DNA from: Octopus bimaculoides
Taxonomy: Eukaryota
DNA: 64,000 nt
NCBI RefSeq assembly: GCF_001194135.2
Contig: NC_068992.1
Span: forward strand, 53,977,723-54,041,722
Direction of reading: 5' to 3'
Below the pieces are notes generated by a model that worked only from the letters and a program-made list of their open reading frames with translations, searched no databases and had not been told where the DNA came from. A program made the position numbers and the translations under genes. Positions 29,115 through 42,266 of this stretch are shown here, piece after piece (within the stretch, counting starts at the first letter, position 1; each line of letters opens with the position of its first letter).

Positions 29115-30110
29115 TTCGCAGATGACCATCGGTTTCAGGGAAGGTGATAAGTCAATTACATCGACCCCATTGTTCCACTGTTACTTAGGTTATCGTCCCT
29201 GAAAGGATGGAAGGCAAAGTCAACAACGACGGAATTTGAACTCAGAATGTAAAGACGGACCAAATGCCGCTAAGCATTTCGCAAGGCGAACCAAAGATTC
29301 TCCCAGCGTTCAAAATAGTTATTATTGGCTTCAAATTCTGGCACACGGCCAACAATTGAGAGGGAGGGGTAAGTCGATTACATCGACTTCAGTACTTCAC
29401 TGGTACTTATTATGTCGAGCCCGAAAGGATGAAAGGCAAAGTCGACCTCTGCGGAATTTGAACTTAGAACGTATAGACGGACGAAATGCCGCTAAGCATT
29501 CTGCCATTCTAACGATTCTACCAGCTCACCGCCTTAAAAGTACGTAATAACTGTTATTACTAGATTTATTCAGGCAATGTACTGGCAGAGTGGTCACAGC
29601 GTCGGAAAAAAATTGCATTGCAGTATTTGACCCGGTTCTTTTTTCTGAGTTCAAATACTACAAGAGTCATCTTTGCAATTAATCCCACCCCCGGGAGATC
29701 AACGAAATATAGTGCCGCTCAAGTACTGAGTCGATGGTATCGTTTCACCATCTCTCTTCAAAACTGATGGCTTTGGATCTAAATTAGGATCAATTATCAT
29801 TTATATGTTTAAGGCGGTAAGCTGGTAAAATCGTTATTGTCAACTTCGCCTTTCACCAATAATCTGCATTGATAAATGAAAGTACCAGACAAGCACTATG
29901 TTTGGCATAAGTGTTTAGACCCTTCCCACAAATTTTAGGTTTCGTATCTATTATACAATCATTAGTAATATGGTGGTGGATTGGCAGGATACTTAACGCA
30001 ACATGCAGAAAACTGCTGAAGTATTTGTTCCGCCTGTCTGTGTTTTGATTTTAAATCCCGCCGAAGCCATCTTTAAATTTCCGTCCTCTCATATAGTAGA
30101 CAAAATAAAC
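29115..30110. mobile_element. Cluster of five family-B SINEs: two minus (29115-29310, 29325-29534), then three plus (about 29572-29760, 29812-29930, 29971-30110)
   Basis: Repeated GAAAGGATGAAAGGCAAAGTC / GGAATTTGAACT motifs on minus; AGGCGGTAAGCTGG-type heads on plus. Confidence 0.8.
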
Positions 30111-30777
30111 TTCCACTGAAGATTTAATCCGCTAATTTAATGGTGCCCTCAAACTTTGAGACCTTTTCCCTATGCTTGAATGAATTTTCATAATTATTAA
30201 TGATATTCTAGAATTTATTTTCATGAAAAATTCTAAGCCATTTTAATATTCTTTTTGTTTCGCTATTTAAAATGGAGTTTTTCTTTGTGCGTGTGTGTGT
30301 ATGTGTGTGTTTTTTTTCTTTTGTCTTCTTTTTTTTTTTCTGTTATCCATATGCATGATATTAATGTACGAAACAACAACGTGTCATGCAAAACATCATC
30401 CATACCAAACTATTTGAATTAAATTAATCGTGATACTGGAGTTTTATTCGCTCAGCAGATGACTTAACAAGGTTATTATATTTCTATTTCTTATTTGATT
30501 TTTGATATAGGAAACATAAAATAACAGAATTGGAGTGATGCAAATTTTTATAGCTTATTAATGTGAAAGTATTACGTGTTTATCTCATTAAATCTACTGT
30601 CACGACTACATTATTAAGATATGCCCTTCATTAGATTGATTTAATATTATTTTGGTGCATAATATTTTTGCAATTTTTTCTTCCTTAGGTTCTTGTACGT
30701 GTATCCATATGCAGACGCATATATATACACACATATATTTATATACACTCATATATCTATACACACGCACTCACAGA

Positions 30778-30847
<70 letters not shown>

Positions 30848-31009
30848 NNNNNNNNNNNNNNNNNNNNNNNNNNNNNNNNNNNNNNNNNNNNNNNNNNNNN
30901 NNNNNNNNTATAAATATATATATATATATATACATATATATATTCAAATCTGTATACTTATGCGTACATATATGTGTGTATAAACATGTATATAAACGTG
31001 TGCATAGAC

Positions 31010-31048
<39 letters not shown>

Positions 31049-31636
31049 GAGGCAGAGAGCGGTAGATACATATACATACACACATATAAATATGCATGCA
31101 CACATATGCATGAGAGAGACAGAGACACAGAGAGAAAGATTGTTCTTTGTCCATGTGTCTGTGGTTGCTTTGGACACATTGTATTTTAACAAGATATCTC
31201 TTCTCCCGAATAGACATGGCCAGGCAATCAAAATGAAGAAAAATACTTTACGAAGGTATTCACTATTTTAGACATTACACATCGAGTAAATTCACTTTTA
31301 TCGTCCATTTTGGCACATCATAATTGATGTTAACTTGAATAGAGATATCGTTAATGGTGTCTAAAGTGTTCTTATTGGACTTCAAGTCATCTCCTTGTAG
31401 TTACAGGGGGTTTCATTATATTTTCAATGATCTGGAAATTGTAGTAACAAATTGGTTTGAACAGATACGTTAACCAGAAACAATTGAAAGTTGTCAGGTT
31501 AGCAATTGATTCAATTTGGCAAGGCATGGAGGTGGTGTTATTTTAATTTTATTTTATATGACATATAATATAAAACTTTGGAATTTATCCTCAATGTATC
31601 ACTGGTATTTCATTTACTCAACGAAAGTATTTTCGG

Positions 31637-31996
31637 TCTTTTTTCTTTCAGTTATTAGACTGTTGCTATGCAGGGTCACCGCCTTGGACAATTTGTTTTT
31701 GTCGAATGTATCGACACCAGTGTTTATTCAATCGTTCTCTTTTGCCAAGCCGCTAAATTACGGGGACGTAAACACACCAATACTAGTTGTCAAGTGACGG
31801 TGGTGGACAAACAGATACAAAGACGCACACACACAAACACACACACATATCTATACAACGCGCTTCTTTCAATTTCCGTCTACTAAATCCACTCAAGGCT
31901 TTGGTCGGCCCGAGACTATAGTAGGAGACTCCCACCCAAGGTGTCACGCAGTGGGATTCGGGACAAGCTTCTTACCACACAGCTATGCGTGCGCCT
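31637..31996 (-). mobile_element. SINE family A (CORE-like tRNA SINE), nearly full length
   Basis: Minus strand AGGCGCACGCATAGCTGTGTGGTAAGAAGCTTG head, CCTTGGGTGGGAGTCTCCTACTATAG CORE-like segment, (TG)n linker, CGGCTTGGCAAAAGAGAACGATTGAATAAAC tail. Octopus OK/OR-type SINEs are known, but assignment needs alignment. Confidence 0.85.
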
Positions 31997-32256
31997 ATGT
32001 TACAGTTTAAATTTTAGTTTTGCAAAACGTCTAAATTCAGCGTTGTAGTCTTGCGGAAGTGTAAATAAAGTTAAGGGGTTAAAACACATATTTAGTAGAT
32101 CTCGGTAGATTCATATTCTTTAAAAAAAATCAATTTTTAATCAAATTTACACGTTTACTATAAGCAGGTACCGTACATCAGTATCAAATTCATTGTATCA
32201 ACCTTTGGTAATTGACTGGTGCCACAGTAGGTCGAAATGAAGAACCTGTCTCTTCA

Positions 32257-32363
32257 AAATTTGAATTCAGAACGTAAGGTTACCATCGATGAAATTTGAA
32301 CTTAGAATGTGAAGTTTACTATCAATGGGATTTATGTTCAGAACGCAAAGTTCTTCCTCGATA
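32257..32363. repeat. Three tandem 35-36-bp units derived from the family-B SINE B-box segment
   Basis: AAATTTGAATTCAGAACGTAAGGTTACCATCGATG / AAATTTGAACTTAGAATGTGAAGTTTACTATCAATG / GGATTTATGTTCAGAACGCAAAGTTCTTCCTCGATA. Confidence 0.7.
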
Positions 32364-32424
32364 TCATTTATAAAAGTTTCTTTTAGCGGGACTCGAATAC
32401 AGAATTCTTTATATTATAGGCAGA

Positions 32425-32598
32425 ACGACTCAAAATTTGAAGGAGGAATCTAGTCAATTAACACGACTTCAGTGCTTATTGTATTCTACCCTGAAAGAAT
32501 GAAAGGCAAGGTCAGGCTCGGCGAAATTTGAACTCGGAGCCTAAATTTGGAAGGAATACTGCTAAGCATTTTGTCAGCGATATATCCAGCTAGCCGCA
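32425..32598 (-). mobile_element. SINE family B
   Basis: CCCTGAAAGAATGAAAGGCAAGGTCAGGCTCGGCGAAATTTGAACTCGG...GCTAAGCATTTTG. Confidence 0.75.
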
Positions 32599-33131
32599 GT
32601 TCATTTGAGATCAGAACGTCTATTGCCCGTATCTAATTATAGGATACGCAGAAGCGAACGCATGACTATAAATCGACACTTTGGAAGCAAATCCAACTGA
32701 TTTTCATTATATTGTTTCATTTTGTTATACTTTTAAACCTTAATCTATTTCTTACTAACACTAAATATTGCCTTAATGCTGTAGATGTTGCTTAACATTC
32801 AGAATTGATTTATTTCGAGAGATTTCTTCCTAGATATCAGCTTGCCATATTGTTTTCCGTTCGAGAATTTCTTACTTTCCAAAATATAAAAATTCCAGGA
32901 ATTTTTCTGCTACAAAGATATAATTTCTAAAACGAAAAAATATTAGTAACAACAACAACACAACAACAGCAGCAACAACAACAACAACAAGAGTAGTAGC
33001 AACAGCAACAAAATGAAATTTCGGTTGTAAGCTGCAGAATTTATATATTTTATATGTAATATTCTCATGTTTCCGAAACTTCCAAAGTAAAAAAGATAAA
33101 AAGATATTATCAAATGAATTATATATACGTA

Positions 33132-33164
<33 letters not shown>

Positions 33165-34150
33165 NNNNNNNNNNNNNNNNNNNNNNNNNNNNNNNNNNNN
33201 NNNNNNNNNNNNNNNNNNNNNNNNNNNNNNNNNNNNNNNNNNNNNNNNNNNNNNNNNNNNNNNNNNNNNNNNNNNNNNNNNNNNNNNNNNNNNNNNNNNN
33301 NNNNNNNNNNNNNNNNNNNNNNNNNNNNNNNNNNNNNNNNNNNNNNNNNNNNNNNNNNNNNNNNNNNNNNNNNNNNNNNNNNNNNNNNNNNNNNNNNNNN
33401 NNNNNNNNNNNNNNNNNNNNNNNNNNNNNNNNNNNNNNNNNNNNNNNNNNNNNNNNNNNNNNNNNNNNNNNNNNNNNNNNNNNNNNNNNNNNNNNNNNNN
33501 NNNNNNNNNNNNNNNNNNNNNNNNNNNNNNNNNNNNNNNNNNNNNNNNNNNNNNNNNNNNNNNNNNNNNNNNNNNNNNNNNNNNNNNNNNNNNNNNNNNN
33601 NNNNNNNNNNNNNNNNNNNNNNNNNNNNNNNNNNNNNNNNNNNNNNNNNNNNNNNNNNNNNNNNNNNNNNNNNNNNNNNNNNNNNNNNNNNNNNNNNNNN
33701 NNNNNNNNNNNNNNNNNNNNNNNNNNNNNNNNNNNNNNNNNNNNNNNNNNNNNNNNNNNNNNNNNNNNNNNNNNNNNNNNNNNNNNNNNNNNNNNNNNNN
33801 NNNNNNNNNNNNNNNNNNNNNNNNNNNNNNNNNNNNNNNNNNNNNNNNNNNNNNNNNNNNNNNNNNNNNNNNNNNNNNNNNNNNNNNNNNNNNNNNNNNN
33901 NNNNNNNNNNNNNNNNNNNNNNNNNNNNNNNNNNNNNNNNNNNNNNNNNNNNNNNNNNNNNNNNNNNNNNNNNNNNNNNNNNNNNNNNNNNNNNNNNNNN
34001 NNNNNNNNNNNNNNNNNNNNNNNNNNNNNNNNNNNNNNNNNNNNNNNNNNNNNNNNNNNNNNNNNNNNNNNNNNNNNNNNNNNNNNNNNNNNNNNNNNNN
34101 NNNNNNNNNNNNNNNNNNNNNNNNNNNNNNNNNNNNNNNNNNNNNNNNNN
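33165..34150. other. Largest assembly gap (others: 1677-2007, 3166-3613, 9321-9521, 10371-10912, 30848-30908, 46463-46596, 46945-46955, 59351-59871)
   Basis: Runs of N, abutting simple repeats; exons could be hidden inside. Confidence 1.
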
Positions 34151-34894
34151 TATATATATAAGCTTCCACTGTTGCAAAATGTAGTATTAGTGCTGCAAGA
34201 TGTACTTATATATGGTTGGTAAAGATGGCTGGCACGGGGAAGCTGAATGCTCCAAAGAATATTTCTGCATTCTGGCGCGCTCGCACACATATACAAAGGT
34301 GTTTGTGTGTGTACATATATATATACATATGTCTATATTAATATATGCGCGTGTGTGTGTGTGTGTGAAAGTGTAAAAGTGTTTATGTGTCTGTGTATGC
34401 ATGAATGTGTGCGTGCGTGTGTTTGAAGCGACGTAGCGTGATTGTAAGTCAAAAGTCAAATGGTATATATCAGAAATATATTGAAAGAAAACAAAATAGC
34501 AGCGCAAAACTGAAGCTTAATACACACACACATACATGTGTGTGTGTGTATGTGTGTGTATATGAGTATAGGTAGGTCGGTATGGCGGCAGGTATTAAGT
34601 ATGGCTGAAGTCTCTAGTATGCTGGCATTACAGTTTTCTCACTGCAATTGTATTAGACAAAGAAAAACAAAAATGGTACTAAATTATGCAACTAGCTTGC
34701 CAGAAACTGAATCTCCAATCTCTAGTAAAAATATTATTTCAGCCAAAATCTAGGATCGATAACGTATTCAGAATATGAATATGGACAATATCTATTTTTG
34801 GAAACATCGTGGAAATTAAAACCCTCGAATTTTGCGGCATATTCTCATCTCATATTCTGTATATGAAATTGCGCTATTTCTTTCACTCAACACA

Positions 34895-34958
<64 letters not shown>

Positions 34959-35599
34959 CTTCATTGAATTAGTAGGTTGCAGTTATTTTGGCAACTTTAC
35001 ACAAGTGCAATTTTGCTTTAATAAACTTTGACATATTTATACAGCTGTTTAAAATCTTCAAGATATTTCCTAATTGGCTATATTAGTAACTATTATTATC
35101 ATTATTATTACTATTATTATACTTGTTGTTGTTGCTGCTGTTGTTGTTGTTATTATTATTCTACGGTAACATCGGTAGAGCGTCGGATTAAATGGTTAGC
35201 CACATTACTTCCGGCTTTACGTTCTGAGTTCAAATTCCACAGGGGTCGACTTAGATATTATTCTTCGGCATGCCGGGGTCGTTGTAATCGACCATTAAAT
35301 TAAGTACGAGATATCTACTGTGTTGCGTCACCCGACTAGACTACACTCCCGTACACAATACTAGCTGTCTGTGAATTTGAAGAAATATTATTGTAGTTGA
35401 AAAGGTTACCACTTGACGCGTTTAATTTGACGTCCAGGTTTTGAACTCCTATTGAATCTACTAGCCAACGTGCAAATATCTGTGTTGTCACTCAATTTGC
35501 TAAGCATAACACCCAATTTTTTTTCTCAATTCCCATCATGTTCTCTGCAGAAAAGCAACACTGGATAAATGTTATTTGCTTTGCACTACATCTGAATAA

Positions 35600-36290
35600 A
35601 GATATGACGGTCAGGAATGGAATGTCTTTAGTCAAAGATTTTCGCTTGATCGGGGATTTATGGCACTCCGTCGCTTACGAGGTCGAGGTTCCAGTTGATC
35701 CGATCAACGGAACAGCCTGCTCGTGAAATTAACGTGCAAGTGGCTGAGCACTCCACAGACACATGAAAGTTGTGGTGCAAGAGTACAGCAGGGTTCGCCA
35801 CCATCCCCTGCCGGAGACTCGTGGAGCTTTAGGTGTTTTCGCTCAATAAACACTCACAACGACCGGTCTGGGAATCGAAACCGCGATCCTATGACCGCGA
35901 GTCCGCTACCCTAACCACTGGGCCATTGCGCCTACACTGATCGGGGATCACCTAGCGCAAAACAACATGAACAACATTATTACTATTAGCAGCTTCCATT
36001 GCAAGTTTCCAACAACAACATCACTGCTATAGACACATTCAATCATTCGGGATCAGAGCTGATCTAGGGTTCCCACCGTGGTACATTAAATCACGAGTCT
36101 CCTGGATCAGGTCTGATCTGGCGCAAAATAACAATAGCAACAGTACTGCTATCAACTCCTTTAATCCTATCCGAATTATGTCAGAGTTGACTTGGAGCTA
36201 AATAATAACAGTAATAGCAATAACAATAGTCTTGCGCTCAACGCCCCAGTCATTAGTCAGCTGAATCAGGACTGACCTACGGTCAAACTG
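35600..36290 (+). repeat. Short interspersed repeat (family D, ...GATCAGGGCTGACCTGGGGCTAAACAACAAC-type ends), interrupted by the 35658-35937 SINE, with several tandem 3' fragments
   Basis: Recurrent GGATCAG(A/G)(G/T)CTGATCT / GCGCAAAA(C/T)AACA motifs; related segments at about 51870-52080 and 63735-63850. Confidence 0.5.
35658..35937 (-). mobile_element. tRNA-derived SINE (third family) with 11-bp TSD
   Basis: Minus strand begins GTGTAGGCGCAATGGCCCAGTGGTTAGGG...GGTTTCGATTCCC (A and B boxes). Flanked by TGATCGGGGAT at 35647-35657 and 35938-35948. Internal GGCGAACCCTGCTGTACTCTTGC resembles an RTE/Bov-B-type tail (from memory). Confidence 0.85.
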
Positions 36291-36621
36291 TCTGCTCATA
36301 TGCTCTTTGTACAACATGAACGTTTGATCTAATTTACGATTTAGGTTGGTTTGCCGAAATCATGGCTTCTTATATAGACGCAAGCCTGTACTTTGACAAA
36401 GTAGGTTAGTCGATACCATCGGATTCACAAGTACACAAATACTTTATTTTATCGACCTCAGAATTATGAAAGAACAAAATGGTCTCATCAGGGTTTCAAA
36501 TTAGAAAATAAACAGCTGGAACAAGTGTGGCAAGGAATTTATAATGATTCTACCAGGTCGCTGCCCTGAAACGTAGAGGCTCTTAAAACATGAAAAGTAC
36601 TCACCAGCATTCTTCACTGTA

Positions 36622-36831
36622 CAGTAATCTCTCGCCATATCGCGGTTCGCCTATTGTGGTTCACCTATCACAGTTTATTATTTAAGCTTACGTCGATTCC
36701 TCTGTGGTGTTGTTTTGCATTTATAAAAAAATAAATATATACAAATTATAAAAATAAAAAAAATATAAACTACTGTTTCTACTTCACAGGTTTTCCCCAA
36801 CCGTAACACCCGCGATAGTCGAGGGATTGAG
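36622..36831. mobile_element. Tigger/pogo-like (Tc1-mariner superfamily) MITE
   Basis: Left end TA-CAGTAATCTCTCGCCATATCGCGG; right end CCGCGATAGTCGAGGGATTGAG is an imperfect inverted copy; AT-rich non-coding interior. Confidence 0.65.
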
Positions 36832-36943
36832 TTTTGTAATTTGTAATGGGGAGATCAAATCTCTCCGGAATGACCATTCAGTTCAATCGACTGGACTCAA
36901 TAAATCAGGAAACATAAATATTAATCAATATAAGAATGATATT

Positions 36944-37230
36944 TCTGCCGAGGCCGACTTTGCCTTTTATCCTTCCGGGGTCGATTAAATAAGTACCAGT
37001 AACGCACTGAGGTCGATGTAATCGATTTACTCCCTTTGTCTGTCCTTGTTTGTACCCTCTATGTTTAGCCCCCTGTGGGCAATAAAGAAATAAATATACG
37101 AACGTTATTTCCGGGTTCACTTTTGCCTTCCATCCTTTCGGGGTCGACCACTTGAGCATCGAGGTCGATGCAATTGACATAGCCCCTCCAACGAAATTGC
37201 TGGCTTTGTGCGAAAATTTAAAACCAATAT
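36944..37230 (+). mobile_element. Two adjacent family-B-related SINE fragments (the first with an alternative 3' tail)
   Basis: GCCGACTTTGCCTTTTATCCTTCCGGGGTCGATTAAATAAGTACCAG followed by tail CCCTCTATGTTTAGCCCC; second copy TTTGCCTTCCATCCTTTCGGGGTCGAC. Confidence 0.8.
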
Positions 37231-37910
37231 AAAAATTATATTTCAGTCAACTATATCGCATTTTCGATAAGTCATTGGGCTAGTGCTTTGCATGATAGGA
37301 AACTATTATATCAGTTTCGTTAATGTTTCCAGAAAATTGACAAATATTAGCTATATGTTAGTGGCAAAATGTCAGAGAGATTTATAACAAATAGATTCTT
37401 CATAGATGAAAACATAGAAAGATCTAATCATAGAAATGACTCGAAGGATTTTTATACTCTATTTTAGTTTCCCTATATATACTTGATGAAATTGTTATAC
37501 AACCTTACCAAGACCTGAATAGACAGTTGAATTAATTACTAGATAGAATATGATGAAATCTTCTCGGTATGTTGTAAGCAACAGCAATATCTTCACAGTA
37601 GTTATTAATTTGATTTACTTACAAACCGTGTTTTCTTGCTTTCGGTCACATTACTACCCGATAGATGAAGCTGAAATTAGATTTATGATTATATTTCCCC
37701 TACATTTACACATTTCCCTTCAGCTAGGAATTTTTGTTGCATTTTGTTTTGTTTCCCTTTAGATTGCATTTTCCTTATCATTTTCAATTTGTTTCTTTGT
37801 CTTCCGTATTCCATTCCCTTTCTTTCCCCACTTTTCCCATCGTACTTTCTATACGTTTCCCTATAACATGTTTACGCATAGGTTTGCATATATGTGCGTA
37901 TGAACGTACA

Positions 37911-37960
<50 letters not shown>

Positions 37961-38448
37961 TACGTATATATGTATGTATTTATTTATGTATGTATGCATG
38001 CATATAAATATATATTATTGTTAAACCAATGTGACAGGAACATTTTAAAACAAACATGTGCAAGACTTGTGTATCTATATGTCAAAAATATGTAGCCATT
38101 TCATGTGGAAAATTCGCAAAATTACAACCCTACATTTAGTTAATAATCACTGAGCTCAAAAAAGCATGTTGGGATTAAGTTTCGAAACTCTATTAAGCTC
38201 CTATCTGAGTTCAGTTCACTTATAGCCATGATACTTAAAAGAAAAGCGTATAACCATTTATAAAATACTAAATTGTACAACAGAAAATATCTAGAATATT
38301 TCTGGGGGTAATTTTTCGTTTTGTAATCCCGCACTATACCTTACGCTAATTGCTAAGAATTCGCCTACGCAATATGTATCTTAATTCGTACAGAGATAAT
38401 AGATTAAAAGTAATTTAAATAGGAATAAGACGGAAAAGGTTTGCAGTG

Positions 38449-38987
38449 ACTATGACGTTTCGGCTCGCTTACTTTAATCAGACAACTAAATTATGCATAT
38501 GTATATGCGTGCGTGTGTGTGTATGTATTTGAGAATTTGTATAAATTTCGAGAGAACAAGAATTAAATTTTTTATGGAATAGGGGTTATCGAATAGTAGA
38601 AAAATGCTATATAGACTGCTTGTGGGACTCGAACCTGTAAACTTGATAGACCTTCTACTACTGAACTAAAACAATCCTTCTATTTTCTCTATTAATTTAA
38701 GAGACTTCATTCTTACCAGCGAGAGCTGTCTGTTGTTGACACCATAATAATGTTCATTAACTCCGAGAGAAAATGAAATGTTTCTTGTCTGAAATGATGG
38801 ACCTCGAAGTAGATAAAGCTATAAATAAAAACGTGTAAATATTGGGTTAAAATGGCCTCTGGATAGAAAAACTCAACGGTTGATCATGTGACTTAAAACC
38901 ATTAAAATTTATAGCTTTATATACTTCGAGATCAACCATTTCAAAACCGATTTAGTTCACGTTCTCTCGAGCTTTATAAAAATTCTT
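38449..38987 (-). mobile_element. Old tRNA-head element with 27-bp inverted repeats and an adjacent degenerate hammerhead-like motif
   Basis: Minus-strand A box TAGTTCAGTAGTAG (38655-38668) and B box GGTTCGAGTCCC (38624-38635). Inverted repeat 38531-38557 / 38961-38987 (23/27). Minus-strand GTTGT-CTGATTA-AAGTAAGCGAGCC-GAAAC-GTC-ATAGT at 38449-38486. Confidence 0.5.
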
Positions 38988-38999
38988 ATGACGTTTGTG

Positions 39000-39213
39000 T
39001 GCGCGTGTCTTTGTGTTTTATTCTGCTCTCACCATTAATGCTGACAACCCAGGTTGGGTTCGTTGTGTCGCCGTAACTTTCAATTCGGCAAAGGGACTGA
39101 TAGAATAAATACCAAACTTTCAAAAATAATTGGAATCGATATCTCCGACTAAATTTTCAACGCAGCGTCCCAGCATGGCTGCAGTCCATTGACGGAAAGA
39201 TGTCGTAAAGAAT
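39000..39213 (+). mobile_element. SINE family A, 3' half
   Basis: TTCGGCAAAGGGACTGATAGAATAAATACCA...CCCAGCATGGCTGCAGTC. Confidence 0.75.
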
Positions 39214-39277
39214 AACTACAATAGATACAGGCATAAATACATACACAATATGTTTATGGGGACATATATACATACGT

Positions 39278-39353
<76 letters not shown>

Positions 39354-39431
39354 ATATATGTGTGTGTATATATATGTATACGTGTGCGTGTGTGTATGTG
39401 TACACGCATACATGCACATTAACTTACATAC

Positions 39432-39568
<137 letters not shown>

Positions 39569-41193
39569 AAATGCTGCATGTATGTATAATTTTGTATGTC
39601 TTAATGACAGGGACACACGCATGAGTTTCAGTAAGCCAATTATTCCCAGAGATATTTAATTACCAACTTCGTTAGCCAGGGCATGGGTAATGACGAAGAG
39701 ATTTAATTTACCGAAAGTATAAGCACCCTCAAACGAACAAAACCGCAATATATGCTGTGTTTATATTCGGTTAAAACGTTACAGCATTCTAATTTCCCAC
39801 GCTCTCGTGTAAATTGTTTACCAGACTGCGTCATCAGGTACAAAAATAGCTCTACTCTGAGCATAAATTGAAGTCACATGTATCAAAGAGATGTGTTTTA
39901 TATGACGAATACTGATGGCATCTTGTGCACATAAAGTGACAAGCATCGAATTCCTTAGACAAGCACAAATAGCTGCAGGAATCTCCTTAATTTTTCGGTG
40001 CCTTTAATGGAGTCCACTCCATTGCGATCGTTCGGGCGAGTTCTCCAGTTTGATGACAACTTTTTTTTCCTCCCTCCAACCAGACGTTACTGGCAATATC
40101 TTCTCTCCATAATAAAAGATTAAAAACATAAGAAGACATAAGAATACAAGCCCAGTGCATGGAATACCCTATGAAAAGAAAGAGCCAGGAGCACTTAGTG
40201 ACAAAGGGGAATATTGACAGCTGGAAGAAAGCGATGACAGAAGTTACACGATAGCCTTACCAGCTGGCTTCAGAAATATTGATTCAATAAAGTGATAAGT
40301 TGTGGGGGGAGTGAATGGAAGGGTTTGGGAGACCATGATCACGGATCTCTGTAGACACGGAGCATAAACAAAAACTTAACAGAGCAGAAAGTTATCGAAC
40401 TTAATTACTTCAACTAAAATATCTTATAGAGGTTTATACTCAACTTTTGTAGTGATAATTATTGTGTAATATTTTAGTAATTCCGTTTTAGATTTTAAAG
40501 TTTGTTACTACAATACTTTATATATTAAAATTTGTTACCGTAAAAGGGTTCGATTCAATATTGATTCTTGCAACGTCACATGTTTCCCATCAGTTGTTAT
40601 CATTGTAGAAGTTTGCCGTAAGGAAGCCAACATCTGCGACAAGTAAAAAGCATTTTGATGTATAGACTAAAGGCAGTGCGTCAGCTGTTAGCTTCACCTT
40701 ATCAATGATGCGTTAAAAAAAACATATTAGACAAAGAAAGTGTTCTTGTCGTCAGTTTATGAAGTTGATAGTAGGTGGGCACTAACGTTGCGACTGGCTC
40801 ACAACAAGTCAGATAACATTTCAAATATCTTGTTTATATTATAATAACCTTCTGCGTATGTAGTGTGGATGAAAGTAGGCATATGGTAGTACTCTCCCGT
40901 TATATTTTGTTCGAGAAGAATCTAAATGCTGCGACCTACTTTTCTTAAAAATTGTTTGACACTCTCCTCTTAACACGAATTCATAAAGCGTACATGTTTA
41001 CAGATATAGAGAAATCGTTATTGTAAATCGAAATCGTTTACAATGTATAAATACAAAGCTTTTGACATCTATTTTCTAAATATATTTTCCTCTTTTTAAT
41101 CAAGGAGATGATTTTTATAGGAAACAATAAAGATAGAGAGATATCCATCCGTTTCACAAGACCACTGATGTCTTTACATAGTGGCGAATTTTA

Positions 41194-41277
<84 letters not shown>

Positions 41278-42195
41278 GTGTGTATATGTATCTGAATATA
41301 TGTATGTTTAAATATGTATATGCATGTATGTATGCATTCGTGCATGTATGGATGTATGTATGTATGTATGTATGTATGTATGTATGTTTGTATATATGTA
41401 TATATGTAGCACAGAAATGAGATTTGGACAGCCATGTAAAAAGACACCTTGTACAATTGTTGTTTATACACGCTTTAAATCCTATTAAAATTCTATCTGT
41501 TGACACTTAAATATTTTGACGGCTATTTTCGTAACTAACAATTTCAGCGTAATCTATTCAACACGAAATATTCTCCAGCTATTCAACTACCATCCTTTTA
41601 TAGGTGATAATAGTTTTATGGGATTATATTCAACAATGTGAAAGAAGAGATGATTTCATTTTATTCTTGCTTTTCCTAATATTCAACAGGCCATAAACAT
41701 ATTTTACCTCAGATTAAATCTGTGGTAATTTCTTCTTGAAAATAGGCAATTTTTAATACATTTCACAACTTATTATGGCATAACTGAGAAAAGCCTGTTA
41801 GGTTTTCCATTTTCATATTTGAGAATATCCGTCATGTTTATGAAACTCGACACTGACTGATGTAATTGAAAGAAAATGGCGTAATGGAAACATAGAAAAT
41901 AACGAATTATTGAAGTACATAAAAAAAATTATGAGAACCTCACGTAGGATCGACAGGTTTTAATTTACTTCAAGTGTGGTCTCAGATTTGTGTAAGTTTC
42001 GAATAACTAGATACAGATTCACAATAAAGCAAACATAATTAATAAGTCTGGTGTTATGTTTAATCCTAACTTTCTGCTAAAACCGCTGAACAAATTTATT
42101 TGTACCCTAGATACCGAGTTTTTAGAGGACGACCTTGTGGTAAATTTATGCCTATCATCAATACGCATTACAAACAATCGTTAATCGTCAATGGG

Positions 42196-42230
42196 TATAA
42201 ATAGCTAATCGTTTTGTCTAAGTCATCTTT
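42196..42230 (+). promoter_or_regulatory. Possible TATA box and initiator upstream of the candidate first exon
   Basis: TATAAATA at 42196-42203 and TCATCT (A at 42225, 29 nt after the first T) just before ATG 42236. AT-rich background makes a chance match likely. Confidence 0.18.
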
Positions 42231-42235
42231 TAATT

Positions 42236-42266
42236 ATGCCTTGTGTTCATTTGCTTTTATATTTAG
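42236..42266 (+). CDS. Candidate first coding (signal peptide) exon for the Ig gene
   Basis: aattATG CCT TGT GTT CAT TTG CTT TTA TAT TTA G|gtaagg: A at -3, strong phase-1 donor. Splicing to 53315 gives MPCVHLLLYLVLGSLYA-MTSTPP..., a plausible 17-aa signal peptide. Short enough to arise by chance. Confidence 0.35.
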
